DNA of 64,000 nt. Origin: Euglena gracilis. Lineage: Eukaryota. The position numbers and the translations under genes were made by a program. The DNA is taken from contig CP154954.1 in assembly GCA_039621445.1 (NCBI GenBank), positions 7,327,425 through 7,391,424 of the forward strand, in the 5' to 3' direction. Positions within the stretch are counted from its first letter, which is position 1. Each line of letters begins with the position of its first letter. Of the stretch, positions 25,307 to 39,900 are shown one piece after another. The notes under the pieces are model-generated. The model did no database searches and was not told the origin of the DNA. It was given only the letters and a program-made list of their open reading frames with translations.

Positions 25307-28090
25307 TCACACAAGCTTCGCCAGGGCGGCTCCGACGTAGAGGGCGAGGAACATGAGCGGAAACGAGCCCAGGGCGGAGAGGTACGCCCCCGCCCGCCGC
25401 CCCTGCGGCCCGCCGCTGGCGTAGCCCCAGCCGTACAGGAAGCGCGCCGCCACCCACACGAGGCCCAGCGCCGCGGCGGCCTTGGGGCAGGGCTGCCGGG
25501 CGGAAGGGGGCAGGGGCCTGGATGGCTCCCGGCTGAGGAAGAGAGGGCTCTTCGAAATGCGGAGGCGATAAGTCTGGGTCTCCGGCACAAATTGTTCTGA
25601 TCCGATACACCACGCATGCCGTATCCCAAGGAGCCTGCAGGTCTGCGAGGTATGGGTACCTTCAGGCGTGAATCCTTTTGGGTCCCGGTTGGGAAGACGA
25701 AACAACACAAAACAAGCGCATTCCCCTCAGAAATGGCCATTTTAGGGGACCCAGCACCTTGATGCCATAGCACTGCCCACCCCAAAAGCCCAGAGTGCAA
25801 TAACGCCTTACTCCAACTTTCCCATTTAGTATTTAACTTTGAACTCCGAAAAATGCTTCCAGACATTTTTTGAACCTGCAGATACCAAACGTGGTCCAAA
25901 ATGGCCAAAAAAAAAAGCCAAACAGGCCAAAATTTGCTGGTTGGCAGGAAACCAGGCAAAAAAGAGAACGGAAATCAACTGCAGATGGGGTACTGGTGGA
26001 AATTTGTGAAAATTTCACATTTGGAAATGATCTTCTCACGCGGTGCACGCGGTGCGCCACGCGGTGCACGCGTTGCGGAAGCATCTCCATTGCAGGCTGT
26101 CACTCAATGCTGTTGCTGTGCATCCCCATGCATTTCTACGGTCTTTACATCACAAAATGAGTGTAGATTTGAGAATTGCCCTCCTTGGATTTGTCTTTTT
26201 CCCATCTGTGCCCATACGTGAACAGATTGTGCCAGCCCCCCCTCCCCCGGCTGTCAAAGCCCAATAACCATTGGAAAAGCCTGGGAAATTGTCAGGCTTC
26301 CCAGCACAAGCCAATTTGTCACGGTCGGGGTGGGGTGCACCACGGATCCAATTTTTGCCAGGTCGAAAGCCAAGCCGGAAATTGTATTTCAGCGTTTTCG
26401 GTCGATTTTGGCTGGAGTTAGGGTGGGTGGGTGGGTGGGTGGGTGGGTGGTGGGCCCAGGGGGGGGGGGTCGTGGGTGTGTGGGTTTTCGAAAAAAGTGG
26501 GTGGGTGAATTTTGGCCAGGAAAATGCTCCCACCCCCGGGGAGCCACTAAGTGAATCTGTGCTGGCGACAACACACAATTCAGGCCTCGATTAACATTTC
26601 ACTGACTTTCACAACCCATTGGTTTTTGGAAAAAAGAAATATCTGAATCGTGTGGTTGGTGAACGCCAGCTTTTCAGCACCTAATATACAATTGTCAGGA
26701 ATTACAGTTAAAGAGTTAGCAGTTTGGCGTTAATCCCCAAAATAGACCGTGAAAAAGTAACACCCATACCCGCTGCCCAAATTTAAACCCCCTGATGATG
26801 CCTTAGACCAGCGCCCACGCTCGGCGGCCCCCTCGGGGAACAGCAGCCCGTCTACCAACATCAGGATCTGGACGGGCCCCCAGGACTCCAGCGTATTGCG
26901 CCCAGGGCAGCTGGGACAGAGCAGCGAGAGGGGCGGAAATGCGTGCAATTTATGACCCCGACCAAGGCCAGTTAAGCCATGGGGATGAGACAAGATCTCA
27001 TTCAAATTTGAATTCATGCGAAGAGCACCACAAATCAAGGTTGACAAGGTTGGCTGCTGTGATCCGGGAGTCCCAGCTGGCCCATCAACAGGGGGGGGGG
27101 CAGGAATTGGCAGTGCGGCTGGTTCCAGACGCCGGTGAGAGGGATGACGCTTCGGTAGGGGGAGGGTGTCTGCCACAATGAGCCATTCCCCAGCCGGCCC
27201 TGGCCTTGGTGAGCGCGCTGGACGGAGTTGAACTTCTCGTGCTCCTTGTGCTCCCTGTCCCGGCATGGGCCCGTCCCACCTTGGCAGGGCCCCCAATGAC
27301 AAAAGCCCAGGTGCCCCAGGAAAATGAGTCCCGTGACTGCTTTCCAAACCCTCCCAACATTTTCGTCACTCTCCGACCAGGCAAATGGATGGTGATGGGG
27401 AGGCCCTCTGCGCACAGGGGGGGGGGAGAGGTTGGATATTTTCAAGGGGTTTTTGGGCATCAATAAGTAGTACTGGAGGCATTTGGCCAGTAGGAAGGGT
27501 GGCACGCCAAACCTGGTGTGCCACCAAACGAAGATATGGAGGTGGGAAATGTGTATTCGAATATGGAGTGGTTCCGTTCCATGTTAACATAACCAAAAAA
27601 ATCAGAATTCTGCAACAAAAGTCTATTTTTCCCCATTCACTCAAAGGGTGTGGGCCTCTTACCACCTGACTGTTGAGCCACGTGAGCAGTTCAGAGCGAA
27701 TCGGGGCGTTTATGATGAGATGAACAACCAAATATTCCATTGCAAAGTTAAGGTGGCGAAACAGTCTGGAAACAAATCACCCCATTCCACACCTATCATC
27801 CTTCACATCACATGAGCCATGGTTTTAATATGCCCAAACGGTCCCACAGGGTCCCACCTCACACATGTGCAACAAAACTGAAAAGCTGTAAGCTATCGTG
27901 CAGAAAGATGGTTGGTTGTGAGGAAGATGGTGTTTAGGGAGAACCCATGGGCGGCATACAGCGCCGGGTATGGCACATTGTACTTCTTGCGGGCGTTCAT
28001 CACGAGGGTCATCAGGTACAGGTTGAGGAACCAGGAGAGGCCGATCACCAGCACCACGTACCCATACTCGTCCGGGATGGAGACAGCCAT
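25307..28090 (-). CDS. MAPEG family / microsomal glutathione S-transferase 3-like, paralog A (4 exons, 143 aa)
   Basis: Exons 28090-27953, 27259-27206, 26897-26835 and 25483-25307 join in frame: [90 protein letters not shown]. Confidence 0.93.
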
Positions 28091-29493
28091 TTCGGGTGTG
28101 TTGGAGGGGAGATGAACGCACTGTGCGAGGAGGCGAGCGTGGACGACGTGGTGGGGAATGGGCCGTGATATGTTTAACGTGTGGTCAGGTGGCATGTTTT
28201 TAGAGTACTTTGAACTCGGTCCCATTTTCAAGTCTTTTCTTTTTTCTGCAACGAGGTGTTTCTTCTTACACTTGGGGAGGGGTGAGGGAGTCCCCCACCC
28301 ACCCACCCACCCACCCACCCACCCAGGGATACCACCTACGACCCCGGAGGGAGTGGAAGCACTTCTTGGGTACCACTTTCAATGTTTCAAAAATTCTGGC
28401 GCTTTGCACCAAAAAGAAGAAAAAACGCCCAAATCCACTTCACCCCACCCCCTGAAGGAGGGAGGAGGCTTGCATATGGACATTTGGCAGCTTTCTTGCC
28501 TCGCTCAGTCCACTCAGCACTGAGGACGCTGACATCTTCACAGGTTTGCAGTTGGAAACATCCTTTGAGATCCAAGGTAAACTCTGACAAACGACCAGAC
28601 CACCGGGGGGGGGGGGAGGACTTCCACCCTTCCAAAAAGAAGTCGCTCGCTTTCTTCTGGAAAACCAGTCAGCCTTAACACTCAGGGGTCAGCCACTTTG
28701 GAATCCAAGGGAAATTTGACCACATTTTCCGAATCCTTCGGCGGCGGGTCACTTTAGCGGAGGGGGGGTCCGGGCCAAAGAAACAGTCAGCCATCTGAAA
28801 AAACCAGTCACCCTATGGGGGGGGGGTCGGCCAGTGATTAAGTGATTGGGGGAGACTTGCGGTCAGTTAGTGACCCCCCCCCAGGGTCAACCACCCACCC
28901 ACCCACCCACCCAAATTTCTGCGATTACACGTGATTAACTGGGGGTCCCGGATTGATGAACAAAACTTTTCAAAGAAAAATCACGTCGTTGATGAATAAT
29001 ATGTCCTCGTTGGAAATCTTGGGTCGAAATGGCAAAGTGCCAAGGGGGGCCCTAGGTGGGGTCCTATTACCCTCACCCCCCCCTCAAAGTGGCCACCCTC
29101 CAGGCACCGTGGGAGTATGACCAGATAACATTCCCACGGGAGGACTTGAGGGATAAATAATTTCTTAACCAAAGATTGACATAATTTCATCGGCTCTTAT
29201 CCAGTGTGATGGAATTCTAGGCAATTCTCAGATGTGCGTTGAAGGGGGTGGCCTCATCGTTGAATCATCGTTGGACAAAGGATGTACAAAAGTGTGAACG
29301 GCAGACGTCACAGAGGAAGGGGAGAGACACAACCGTGCTAGCCATTGAGAGGCGGCACTCTATGGAGTGTGACGCGGTGTCTCTCATGCTGCCAAAAAAA
29401 AGCTGATAGCTCAGGCAGGAAGGAACAGAACAGAACAGAACAGAAGGGAGGGAGACCGACCATGTTTGACAATGTGACCGGTCTGTGTCCCGG

Positions 29494-32400
29494 TCACGTG
29501 GCAGGCTGGCTGTAGTAGCGGTGCACGGCGTAGCCCACGCCCACCAGGAGGAGGGTTAGGGTTAGGGTTAGGGTTAGGGTCCACAGCGCGGCGACGCCCC
29601 CGGCCGCCACGAGGAGCAATCCGATGGTGAGCTGTTGTTGCTGGCGGGCGAGGAGCAGCAATGCGTCGGCGGTGGGGGAGGGGGAGGGGCCAGGCCGGGC
29701 CCTTCGTGTAAAACGATGCAGACCGCGAGATGGGTTGCCTGCATTCAAATCCCCAATTACCCTGGCAACCCTTGCCCCCAAATAGGCCGGTGAGGGGGGT
29801 GAGCCAAAAAAAAGACGGTTCCAGAACGAGGCACCTATTTGGGGGGAGGGAACATTTCGCAAAACGGGCTGAGTTGGCCAGAATTACATCCATGAGGAAA
29901 TTGAAGGAAATCAATGGATCTCAATCATACTTGATCTCAAATAAGGAATAATACATCCAAATCATCCAAAATTTTTGATCCTCCCAAATATTTTACCCTA
30001 AGAGATAGCGACAAAGATAACGTACCTAGAAAATGAAAATAAAAAAACAGCCCAAGCATTTTTGATTTGTTACTTTTGCCTGTTTTTTTTTCTTCAAAAT
30101 ATTTCCTTCCCACCTGGCCATGGCTCTTTGGATGCTTTCTCACTTGGCCTTGGTGAGAGGGTGACGGGAGCAATGTAAATACGCAAACCTCTTGTTCCTT
30201 TCAGAACCGCCATGGAAAGGCATGTTTTTTTGCAACGAAGACCTCCGGTGAACAAGAAACTGGTTGACCAAGAACTTACTGAGACAAATATCAACTGACT
30301 TATAAAATATCTGCACTCAGAGGGGTGTATGTTGAACCGCCACAGTCATTCTATTTGAATCTTGGATATGCTGAACAGAGAACTCGACACTGTGTTTCCA
30401 CTGTTTACCTTTCTTGTTCTTGAATTCCTCTCCTGGAGTCGTATGGAGCTGGAGTGAGTACAATCCGGGGCATAAAAATTTGTACGTTTGTTGAGCATAA
30501 AGGTTTGGACGGCCCCAAAAAACTTTGAAATTATTTTTGACACCATTCTTGTCTCCAGGAGCATGATATAAGTCCAGTGCGCTGCAAACATCATTACAAA
30601 GACCAGGGGTTGCTTTCAACAGCGAGTGTGGCCCCGGCAAGCCGCCTTCAGAAATTGAAGGCGGGAGGGCGTGCTACCATACAGCTTGGCAACTTGTGCA
30701 GAGGTTATGGATGCAAAGGCCTGCACCAACGCCTCCCAAAGGGTGTCCTTAGGATTAAACACTTTACCGCAACTGTATTGGAAAGCTGCTTCCGAGAGTA
30801 TTCAGACCAGGTGAGTTGCATCAAAGATGTCACTGACGTCATCCGAACAAAACCCTATGTTCATTTAGGGCTCGTTGCTGGAAACCTGGGACAGGTATTG
30901 TTTTTTTCTTTTCTTCTTGAACAGGCCCAGGACCAAAAAAAAAACCATTTCTGGGTTCCCCAGAGTGTTTTCCTTTGGCAATCGCCAGGGAGGTCCTTAA
31001 GCAAAAAAAATCCTGTCCCAATGCACTTCAACTGAAAAATAAGCATTTTGGCCGGGGAAATTTTTTGAAAATTGCTTGAAAAAGGAACCCAAAATACATC
31101 ATTTTTTGATGGGAAACCACATTTTTCCCAAAAAAAATCTCCAAAATTATAGGATTGAAAATTGTTAGTTACCAGGAGGGGGATCAAAAAAGGCAGGTCA
31201 AAAAAATGGGACAAATTTTGGAGCATTCAAATTTTACTGAGAGTTTTTCTCTTTGGAAATTTTTCGGATTTTCAATGGCATCTTGCTTCAAAAACCTCTC
31301 AAAATCAAAATTTTGAGAAATATTGAAATTTTGGAAGGTGTGAAAAAAATGGGGTTTGGGGGTTTTGGGGGGACCCCCGATACGGGTCCCAAAATAGGTC
31401 AAAGTTTTGTTACAACCTTGCACACCAATTTTGGTAAATTTTTTGGAATAGGAAATTACACTGCATTCACTGAAACATCAAACCGTCAAGAGAAGTAAAT
31501 GTTGAATATTGGTGAGTTGTACACATTGCATACACAGTTAAAACTGGCCAACACTTACTCTCGTTATAGTATGTGTGTAGCAATAAATTCAATTAAAGGA
31601 AGTTCAACTTCCATTTTTTGACTTTGAAACTTTGAAATTGTGAGAACAATTTTACGGGTTTCAAATTTGACTGTGGTATTCTTCTTCTGATGTACTTCCA
31701 TATGCGAATTTGTCTGACTGGCCCTTCTGTGACCTTTGGGTCTCAAAAATCCCAAGGTTATGTCAAAAATTTTAAATTTTTTGACATTTTTGTTCAAATT
31801 ATCCTTTTGTGCAAATTGCCAAAGAGCAACGCCCTGTTTTGACCTCTCAATGAGGCACTCTGCGATTGCAGTTAAAACCCTTTAACCCAAGCCAATTCAC
31901 GCCCGGGACGGTGAAAAAATTCTTTTAAACTTACATTTTTTGCACATTTTTGTGCATTTTTCCAGAAATGTGCACTTTTGTGCACAACTTTTTAAGGCCT
32001 GGTCACTGTGTCCCCCCCCCGTGCTCACTGGCTGCAAAAAATATGCTGCCTTGAAAAAAGTTGCTAAATCATACTGATACCCCTGGGTATTAAATGAACG
32101 TTGGTTTTGTACAGGGGAAAAAGAGGGGGGGTTCAACTCCCCCCCCCAGGGGGAGGGAGGCCCCCCCCCTCTCAGGGCCGGGGGGTTCCCCCCCCATGCA
32201 ACCAAGATCTTTTCCTTTCCCAGCGCTTTGCGCCGACAAACCAAGGTTTTAATCATCTGTTTTGTCATTTACAGGAAAAAAATGTTTGAAAGTACAATTT
32301 TACGCATAGGCGTCGTTTGGAACTCAGTTTCACCTGCCCAAATCGTTCCTCCAGCATCCCAAATTGAAGAGTCAACCATCACAGCTCCAAACAGGCTGGC

Positions 32401-33880
32401 ATAAAAGGCATTTAGAATGTTTCCTTTGCACAATCACGCAAACCGTTGCTGTGCACAATTGCACAAAAGAACAATGTTTTTGCTGCAATGTGGGTCTCAA
32501 CATTAGTGGCTAACCTGCTACCGAGCCAAAATGGTAACTGGTGAAAATCCTCGAGAGTTTTCAGAGTTCTCTGACAATGCGTTTCAACCTGAAAAAACCA
32601 CATACACTCCTTTCACAACCAAACTCAAAAGCTTCCGCGGGGCTGTAAGCCAACATCGTCACTGCCTGGTGTCCATACCAGAACTCCCATTTTGCAAAAC
32701 CATTGATGTTGTCAATCAATACCAAAACGTGGCCCTTCCCGCTGGGTTTTACCGCCGTAAAACGGTGAAGACAGAGGGCCAATGCGCAAAAAAACACAAA
32801 GACAAAACTCGCGTTCCATTCCACAAATGCGCAAGGAGACAAAACACAACAAACGAAATGCAACATCGGACGTCAAAGGGCCGGGGGCTTGCAATTCTAT
32901 AAATTTATGACATTTTGATGACTTCAAACGAACTCAAAATTGGACCATATGATAATGCAGACACACGCATGTGCACACACCCACACCCACACACCCACAC
33001 ACCCACACCCACACCCACATGCAAAAAGCCCACAAGGGGTGATTTTGATCGAACAGAGAGGGGCAGGGTCTGTGTGGAATGGCTGGGAATCGCGGCTGGC
33101 GGGGCTCGTCCATCGCAAGGCTCCAGGACGTTGTAGTCGGGTCCCTTCCAGTGTTTTTTTTAAAGACCCCAGGGGGGAGCGGTTCCAAAACCCTCCACAC
33201 ACCCAGCCTGGGAGCCGCACACAGGGGGGAGCCCCCACAACTCGAGCCATCTCAGGGCATTTCCCTAAAAAATTTTGGCGCTTCGCGCCAAAACCCCTCC
33301 AGCCTGGTACCCCCCCCCAGGGGTGCTGGGCTTCCCACACACCCAGGGTATTTTTTAAGACTGGGGGGGGGGTCCCCCCACCCACCCCTGGGGGGGAGGG
33401 TCCGGGGGACCCAACCCACCGTTACCCAAAATGGCCAAAAAAAAACTGCGAAAAATGCTAAAAATAGCACCCTTTTCAAAAAAATTTCGGCGCCGTTGGC
33501 GCTGAAAAGTGTATACCACCCCCCTCTGTGCGGAGCGGTGAGCAAAATCACCACGGTTCTTATGCCTCGGCTTGGTCCTCATTCATTAGGACGGGCGGCC
33601 GCCCGCTTTTGTTCTGTGGCTTGTTGATGGCAGGGGCATTTACGGGGGAAGTCCAACAACCATTAACCTTGCAGGCGGGGTTACACGGGTAATTTTCAAC
33701 AAAGACATTTGGGGGAATGGTGGGTGGGGGTGGGGGGACTCGGGTTTCGTGCCCTGGCTGAGGAGGTGGCTTCTTCCAAACGGGTACCTTCGGCTTTGGA
33801 CGTAATATGCAGGAGCCCCCACTGCCGGCGCCAAGCTCACCGCCACAAATAGCAGCATGCGTTTGAGGCCCCTCTGGCGG

Positions 33881-33912
<32 letters not shown>

Positions 33913-36900
33913 AACAAAAAAAAAAAAAAAAAAAAACAAAAAAAAAAAAACCAACAATGAACAAAAATGCAAAATATGAAATACTAAATAAACAGAAGAG
34001 AATGGTGCAAAAAAGCAGTGAAAAGAAAGGTATAACTGGAAGACAAATGAACACACACTAACGGCAACGTCACATTCGTGGAACTTTGTTTCTTTCTGTC
34101 GTGACGGAAGCCTGGGACAGGATAAAATCGATCCTGCCACCCACGCAATGACACAAGATATGTTCCCCTTACGTTTGGATGATATGGCCACGAAAGATTG
34201 TCAATGCAGTACAAAATTGTTACAGAAAAAAAATGAGAAAATCTTATTTCTAACGCAGGAGGGATGTGGAATGGAATGGAAAGGAAACGCAAAACGGATG
34301 GCAAATGCATCTTAATCTTAGTTCTAGGGTTAGGGTTAGGGTCTAAATCTTAGTTCCTGGTCTTGGACAGGGAGCGGGAGATATTGGGGTGAATTGGGGT
34401 GCCCCGCAATTTGACTGGAGAGCCTTTCACTCCCAGTGGTTCCCCCCCCCACCAAGGCCTGTCGGCGCTTCATGGTTGACATCACATGGGTCCACACTTC
34501 ACAAGAGAATGAGAATTGCTTCAATTTGGAGAAGCAGCTTTGAGCAAGTGAGAAGTGTGGAGCGGGCTGCGAAAATAAACCCCAGGCAGGCACTACCCCC
34601 TCTCGAAAGTCCAGCGAAAAAACGGTTGTATGTTCCCCAGAGTCCGCTTCCCATTAGAACCTGCCTCTGGGAGGGAGGGGGCGGTTTGCGCGGGGGCCGA
34701 GGGGCAGCCGAGGGGCGGGGGGGTGATTGCGGCCCGCACGGCCCGCTGCAGGGCGGCGACGTCCAGCGGCTCCGCCCCCTCCGCGGCCGCCGGGTCGGGC
34801 GCCAGCGCTGCGGCCGCCTGGGCGGTCCACGCGTGGCGCTGGAGGAGCTCCGCCAGCAGCCCAGCGGTCCCCGGCAAGGGAGGGACACCCGGCGGGGGTT
34901 GGAAGCCGGCATTTGTTGGCACGCGTCCGACAGCGAACTGGGAAGCCAAGCTGGGGGGGGACAAAAGCTGCGTTCGGTCAGAAAAAAAGTCGGGGGAATA
35001 CCATTACTGAATGACAAGAGGCCTCACAAGAAGTCCAGACAGTACACCCAATTACGAAAATAATGATGCATTTTGACCATTTCTGCGAAAGTTATTCTCG
35101 TGGAGTCAGTCATGTCACGTGGGGAACTTTTGGCAACTCCTTGCCGACCTCCCCCCCCAGGGAGTGAGCCAAAATCAACTCAACTGTCTGCCTAGCCCTT
35201 GGTCTCATTCAGTAGGACACGGCGCCGCTGTTCTGTGGTGTTGATGGCAGGCATTTACTCCGGGGAAGTCCAAACCATAACCCTTGGGGGCGGGCTTCAC
35301 AAGGGTATTTCAGCAAAGCACATTGGGGAATGGGGTGGGGACTCGGTCGTGCCTGGCTGAGGAGGTGCTCTGCCACGGTACCTTCGTCGGCTTGGACGTA
35401 GTGCAGGAGCCCCCACTGCAGCGCCAAGCTCACCGCCACGAGCAGCAGCATGCAGTGAGGCCCCTCTGCGGAAAAAAGCCAGCACCTCATCCGTCAGCCA
35501 TCCAGCAGATATCCCGCAACCTGATTCAACCCTCCAACCAACTCGGGACACAACCTCAAGCGTATTTTTGAATACGGCCATCATGCGCCCTTCACTCAGA
35601 TGTGTGTTGAAGCGGCACCTGTGGGAACGGCCAGTGGAGCTGCGGCCTCTGTCCCCGCAGCCGTGGCCGCCTCCCCTGCCGCGAGGCTGGGGCGGCCGCT
35701 CCGCGGTGAGGCCACTGGGCTGGGCCAACGGCAGGCTGTGGCACGTCGCAAAGGCAAAAAACAAAAAAGTCCACACAGCGTGGCTGCACTTTCGGTGTTG
35801 AACGAGATCTCTGTGGAGCGATATGAGAGCTTACTCTGCTACTGTGCAGGATGGCCGGTCAACCTTCTTTCAAGAATGGGGTGCATGACAGGTTGTGGGC
35901 CTCTGTCCTGACCCTAACCCTAACCCTGTCCTGACTACGACTGCAACCCCAAACAACAAGTGACCGCGAACTGTGGGGTGCTCCAATTCTCAGCATTATC
36001 ATTCATTCTGTTTGAGTCATGGCACAAAGTGGGGCCCCTATACCCCCCCCCCCCATACCCCATACCCCCCTATACCCCCCCATACCCCACTCCCCCTACC
36101 CCCCCCCCTGCCCCCCCATCCCCCCCCCTCCCCCAAAACTTTTTTTGCCCGGAAGCGTTTTTTTTGGTCTCCTGGACCCTTTTGTGGTCAAATCGCGGGA
36201 CGTGTGCAACTGTTCGAGTGCCCCCGGACCCCCCCCCCGGCAAAAAAATAACCTCATCCTTGACTACCGATCTGTTTTTGTGGCCAAATTGCGCTTTGTG
36301 GTCAAATCGCGGGACGTATGCAACTGTTCGAGTGCCCGGGGGTGGCCCCCCCCCCCCCCCCCCCGGACCCCCCCCCCAAAAAAACATAACCTCATCCTTC
36401 TCGACCGATCTTTTTTTGTTGCCAAATCGCGTTTTGTGGTCAAATCGCGGGACGTATGCAACTGTTCGGTGGCCCGGGGGGGGGGGCTCCCGCCCCCCCC
36501 CCCCGGACCCCCCCCCGGCAAAAAAAATAACCTCACCCCTTGTCTACCGATTTTTTTGTGGCCAAATCGCGCTTTGTGGTCAAATCGCGCGACGTATGCA
36601 AGTGTTCCTGGGGCCATAAACCTCATCAACAACATCTCCAAACCCTTCCCCCATACCCCCCCCACCCCCCAGATACCCACATACCCACCCCCATACCCCC
36701 CCCCCATACCCCCCCCCGGGGGACCCCCCCCCCCCCCCCCCCCTACCCCCCCATTCCCCCCCCATACCCCCCCATACCCTAGGTATGGGGGCCCCACTTT
36801 GTACCATATGTGTTCTGTTTGGTCCGACAACAGCCTGGCTGGGCCTTGCGGCCGGACAAGCCCTTCTTCTGAAAAGCGCAGGGCGTGGCTTCGCAGAATG

Positions 36901-39900
36901 CAAAGGAATGCTTCAATGCTGTTGGCAATGACACAAACTGAATTAATGCCCAGGGCAAGGCTAAAAGCATTGATCTGCGGGGGCTCGACTCTCAAAACTT
37001 TTGTACGGACAGCAACTTCAACCTGTAGGTAATTGATAGCAAAGCAATCAACAACCTGCTTAAATAACTGCCTTTTTTCTGCACTCAAATTTCCCCTGCA
37101 CTTGCCACCCCCTTCTCATTATTAAATGACAAATTTTGATGAAAATGGAAAATTCTTCTGCCAAAACGCGATTAATTGAACATTGTAGAAAATGCAAACA
37201 TCTTCTTATGGATATTCGAAGACAGGGTATTTCCGTAGCTCATGTATTCTCGTTTGCAATTCCCACCTTTGAAGAAAGAATGATCACAACATAGAATTTA
37301 CACACATTAATTCCAAATGTGCCCGGAGAAAAAAAATTCGGACTAACCTGTGCGGCACATCTCGCACTTCAGGACTTTTTTTCTGGCGATGTGTGCATTT
37401 GCGCAAATGAAAATGAAAATGACGGAAACTGGCTCCCAAAAAAAACCACAAAAATGTGAAAAAGATGTGATGTGATGTGGTTCCCCAAGACGCGAAGATG
37501 GAAGAAAATACCTTGGCGGTTAGGGTGTCTCAGAGCAAATGATAAACACAAATAATACCCCCCCCTCGGGGTCCAACTTCAGCGACACCCCCCAATCTCA
37601 GGCCGACGACCCGGATTTTGCCCTAAAAAAACACGTAAAAATAACAACTTCTGACAAAAAAATACAAAAAAATCGGAAATTTTTCTGGATCATCTGAATT
37701 TTCTGCTGGATCATCTGACGCCTCCAAAAATGCTGAATTTCATGAGAAAATACAAAAAAAAATGACCCAAAAGGAGGTTTTTGGGTGCTATTTTGGGTCC
37801 TTGGGACTTCGAAAAATTTCGAAAATTTTGGGGTGCTATTACCCCCCCCCCAAATAATAACCCCCCTGGCCGGGACTTCGGGCGAAAAAAAAATACCTCG
37901 GGGGGGGGGGGTGATTTGGGGGTTTATCACAGCAGACAGCGTAAATAACACCCAGCACGTGTCTTTAGAATCTTCCGCTGGCTGCCTCATTAATGAGATG
38001 TTGCTGGAACGGTTTGGTGAGATGTGACCAACCCTGAAACGATGCTTTGAACCCTGTCTTTGCAAAAAATTTGTGGTCGGTGTGTGCATTTGCGCAAATG
38101 ATTGGTGTGCATTTGCACACACCGACCACTTGTGCAACTGGGCTGTACGTGTCAGCTGAAATTAGTGTGTTTGCAAAATTGTGAGTTGTGCAAACATCTG
38201 TCTGGTTGGCTTGCGCCAGGCTTGTTTTTACCAACATGGGGGTTCCGTGGTATGGGGAGCCTGTCCACAGCAGGCACACCCCCTCGTTTTTGGATCCTGT
38301 CGCCTGCCGGTCAAGCCAATTTTCCCTTGAAAATGACCAATTTGGGGGCCTGGCGCCTTCGGCGCCAGAGGGGGGGAGCGGGGGGTGGGTGTAACTGACC
38401 ACCCCCCCCCCCCCCCCCCCGCTTGCCCATAGCAACTGGGGGGGGGTGCGGGCATTGCTGCCGTTTAAATCTCCATATATGCGAGATATTTTGTAGAAAT
38501 TTTAAACCCGAATTTAGGCATCGGCAATCAAGCATTGTTAAAAACCATTTATGACCCCTTAAACGTCAAATAATAAATAAAAATTAATAGCTGCATTTCC
38601 AGGGTTTCTCCAGGAAAACTGCGTTTAAAATTGATCTTCACCCCCAGCATTCAGTCCGAAAATGACGCACATACATTGGCTGAAAATTGACGTGTCAGCT
38701 GACTGATGCACAGACACGCTTTTTTCGACCTCAGAAATATCTTCCAACACCACCACCTTGAGCCCGACAACTCCACACGCTGTTCACCGTTTCCAATCTT
38801 CTGTTCCACACGCTGCTCTCCATTTCCATTCTTCTGTTGTTTCAGAAATCTCTGATATTAAGGCTTCAAAATTCAAATAAATTTTGGTCGGTGTGCCCAA
38901 TTTCCCTAAACAGCCACTTCAATGGTTAATGTGCGCATTTGCGCACACCAATCACAAAAATAAATCCCAGCAATACTCAAAAAAGGGGGTCCAGCACCAT
39001 AAGAACACAAAGGAGGGAATACCAAAATTTTATCACATTCATTTTTCCAGCTCGAAACACGCTGACATAGGAGGCACTTGCTTGTTTTTTTTTTAAAGCG
39101 GTCGGTGTGCACTAATGTGACATCGTTTACCGACATCATTTACGTTTCTGTGGTCATGTTATGTACGTTATGTATGTCTTTGGGTGCCACAGAGCCTGAA
39201 ACATCAGTGGGGCATTGATGGACAATTTGCCACTGAAATCAACTGGTAACTTGTGGTAATCCTCCTGTGTTCTGTATCCCCGTCATCAACCACCGGTGAC
39301 CACCAACCACCGGTGGTCATCAACCACAGAATTCTCGAACAATCAATTTTAATAACAATACGAGAAAAACAGAAAACTTACACCCCCAATTTCCTGTGTG
39401 ACCAGGTTGCGTTCTGGAGGCACCTCTTTTCTTCCTTTCTGAAGTTTCAAGTCCCGATGTGGAAATGTTGAACTTGGTTACAACAGGAGCGGAATTTCAC
39501 GTGCCACAAATACAATCTTCTCACTTTGGAGAGGTCACGCCAGGGGGGGGGGGGTCATGCCATGCCAACCACGCAAAAAAACAACAACCAAAATTGGCCA
39601 AAGATTCGGGACTGACGGGGCCAAAAAAAAAGGGGGATTCGGTCGGGTTTCATCAAAGGCGTTCTCCCTTATGCTCAAAGTTCTTGTAAATGCATCGCCA
39701 AAATCAACTTCTTCGACATATGACAAAAATATGCTTATTGACCAAAAAAAAGCTTACGTGCAAGATGCGCAGCCTAAGACCCCACAGACACACCCGCATA
39801 CCGGGGGGGGGATTGAAGCTAGAAAAAATTAGAACCGACAAAATTGGAAACCGAAACCGAAAAAATTGGTGCCAAACCTGAAAACTTTTTTTGCAAGATG

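Noticed and set aside
27256-27944. In-frame GT-AG alternative for MAPEG paralog A intron 1 (GTTCTC...GACAG)
   Set aside because: The donor is weak and there is no pyrimidine tract. Paralog B has no GT there, and the shared stem-type junction (YA|D) fits both genes. Not fully excluded without cDNA.
36180-36610. Regularly spaced ~35-bp repeats resembling a CRISPR array
   Set aside because: The intervening sequences are similar to each other, the array lies within TIRs, there are no cas genes, and the context is eukaryotic.
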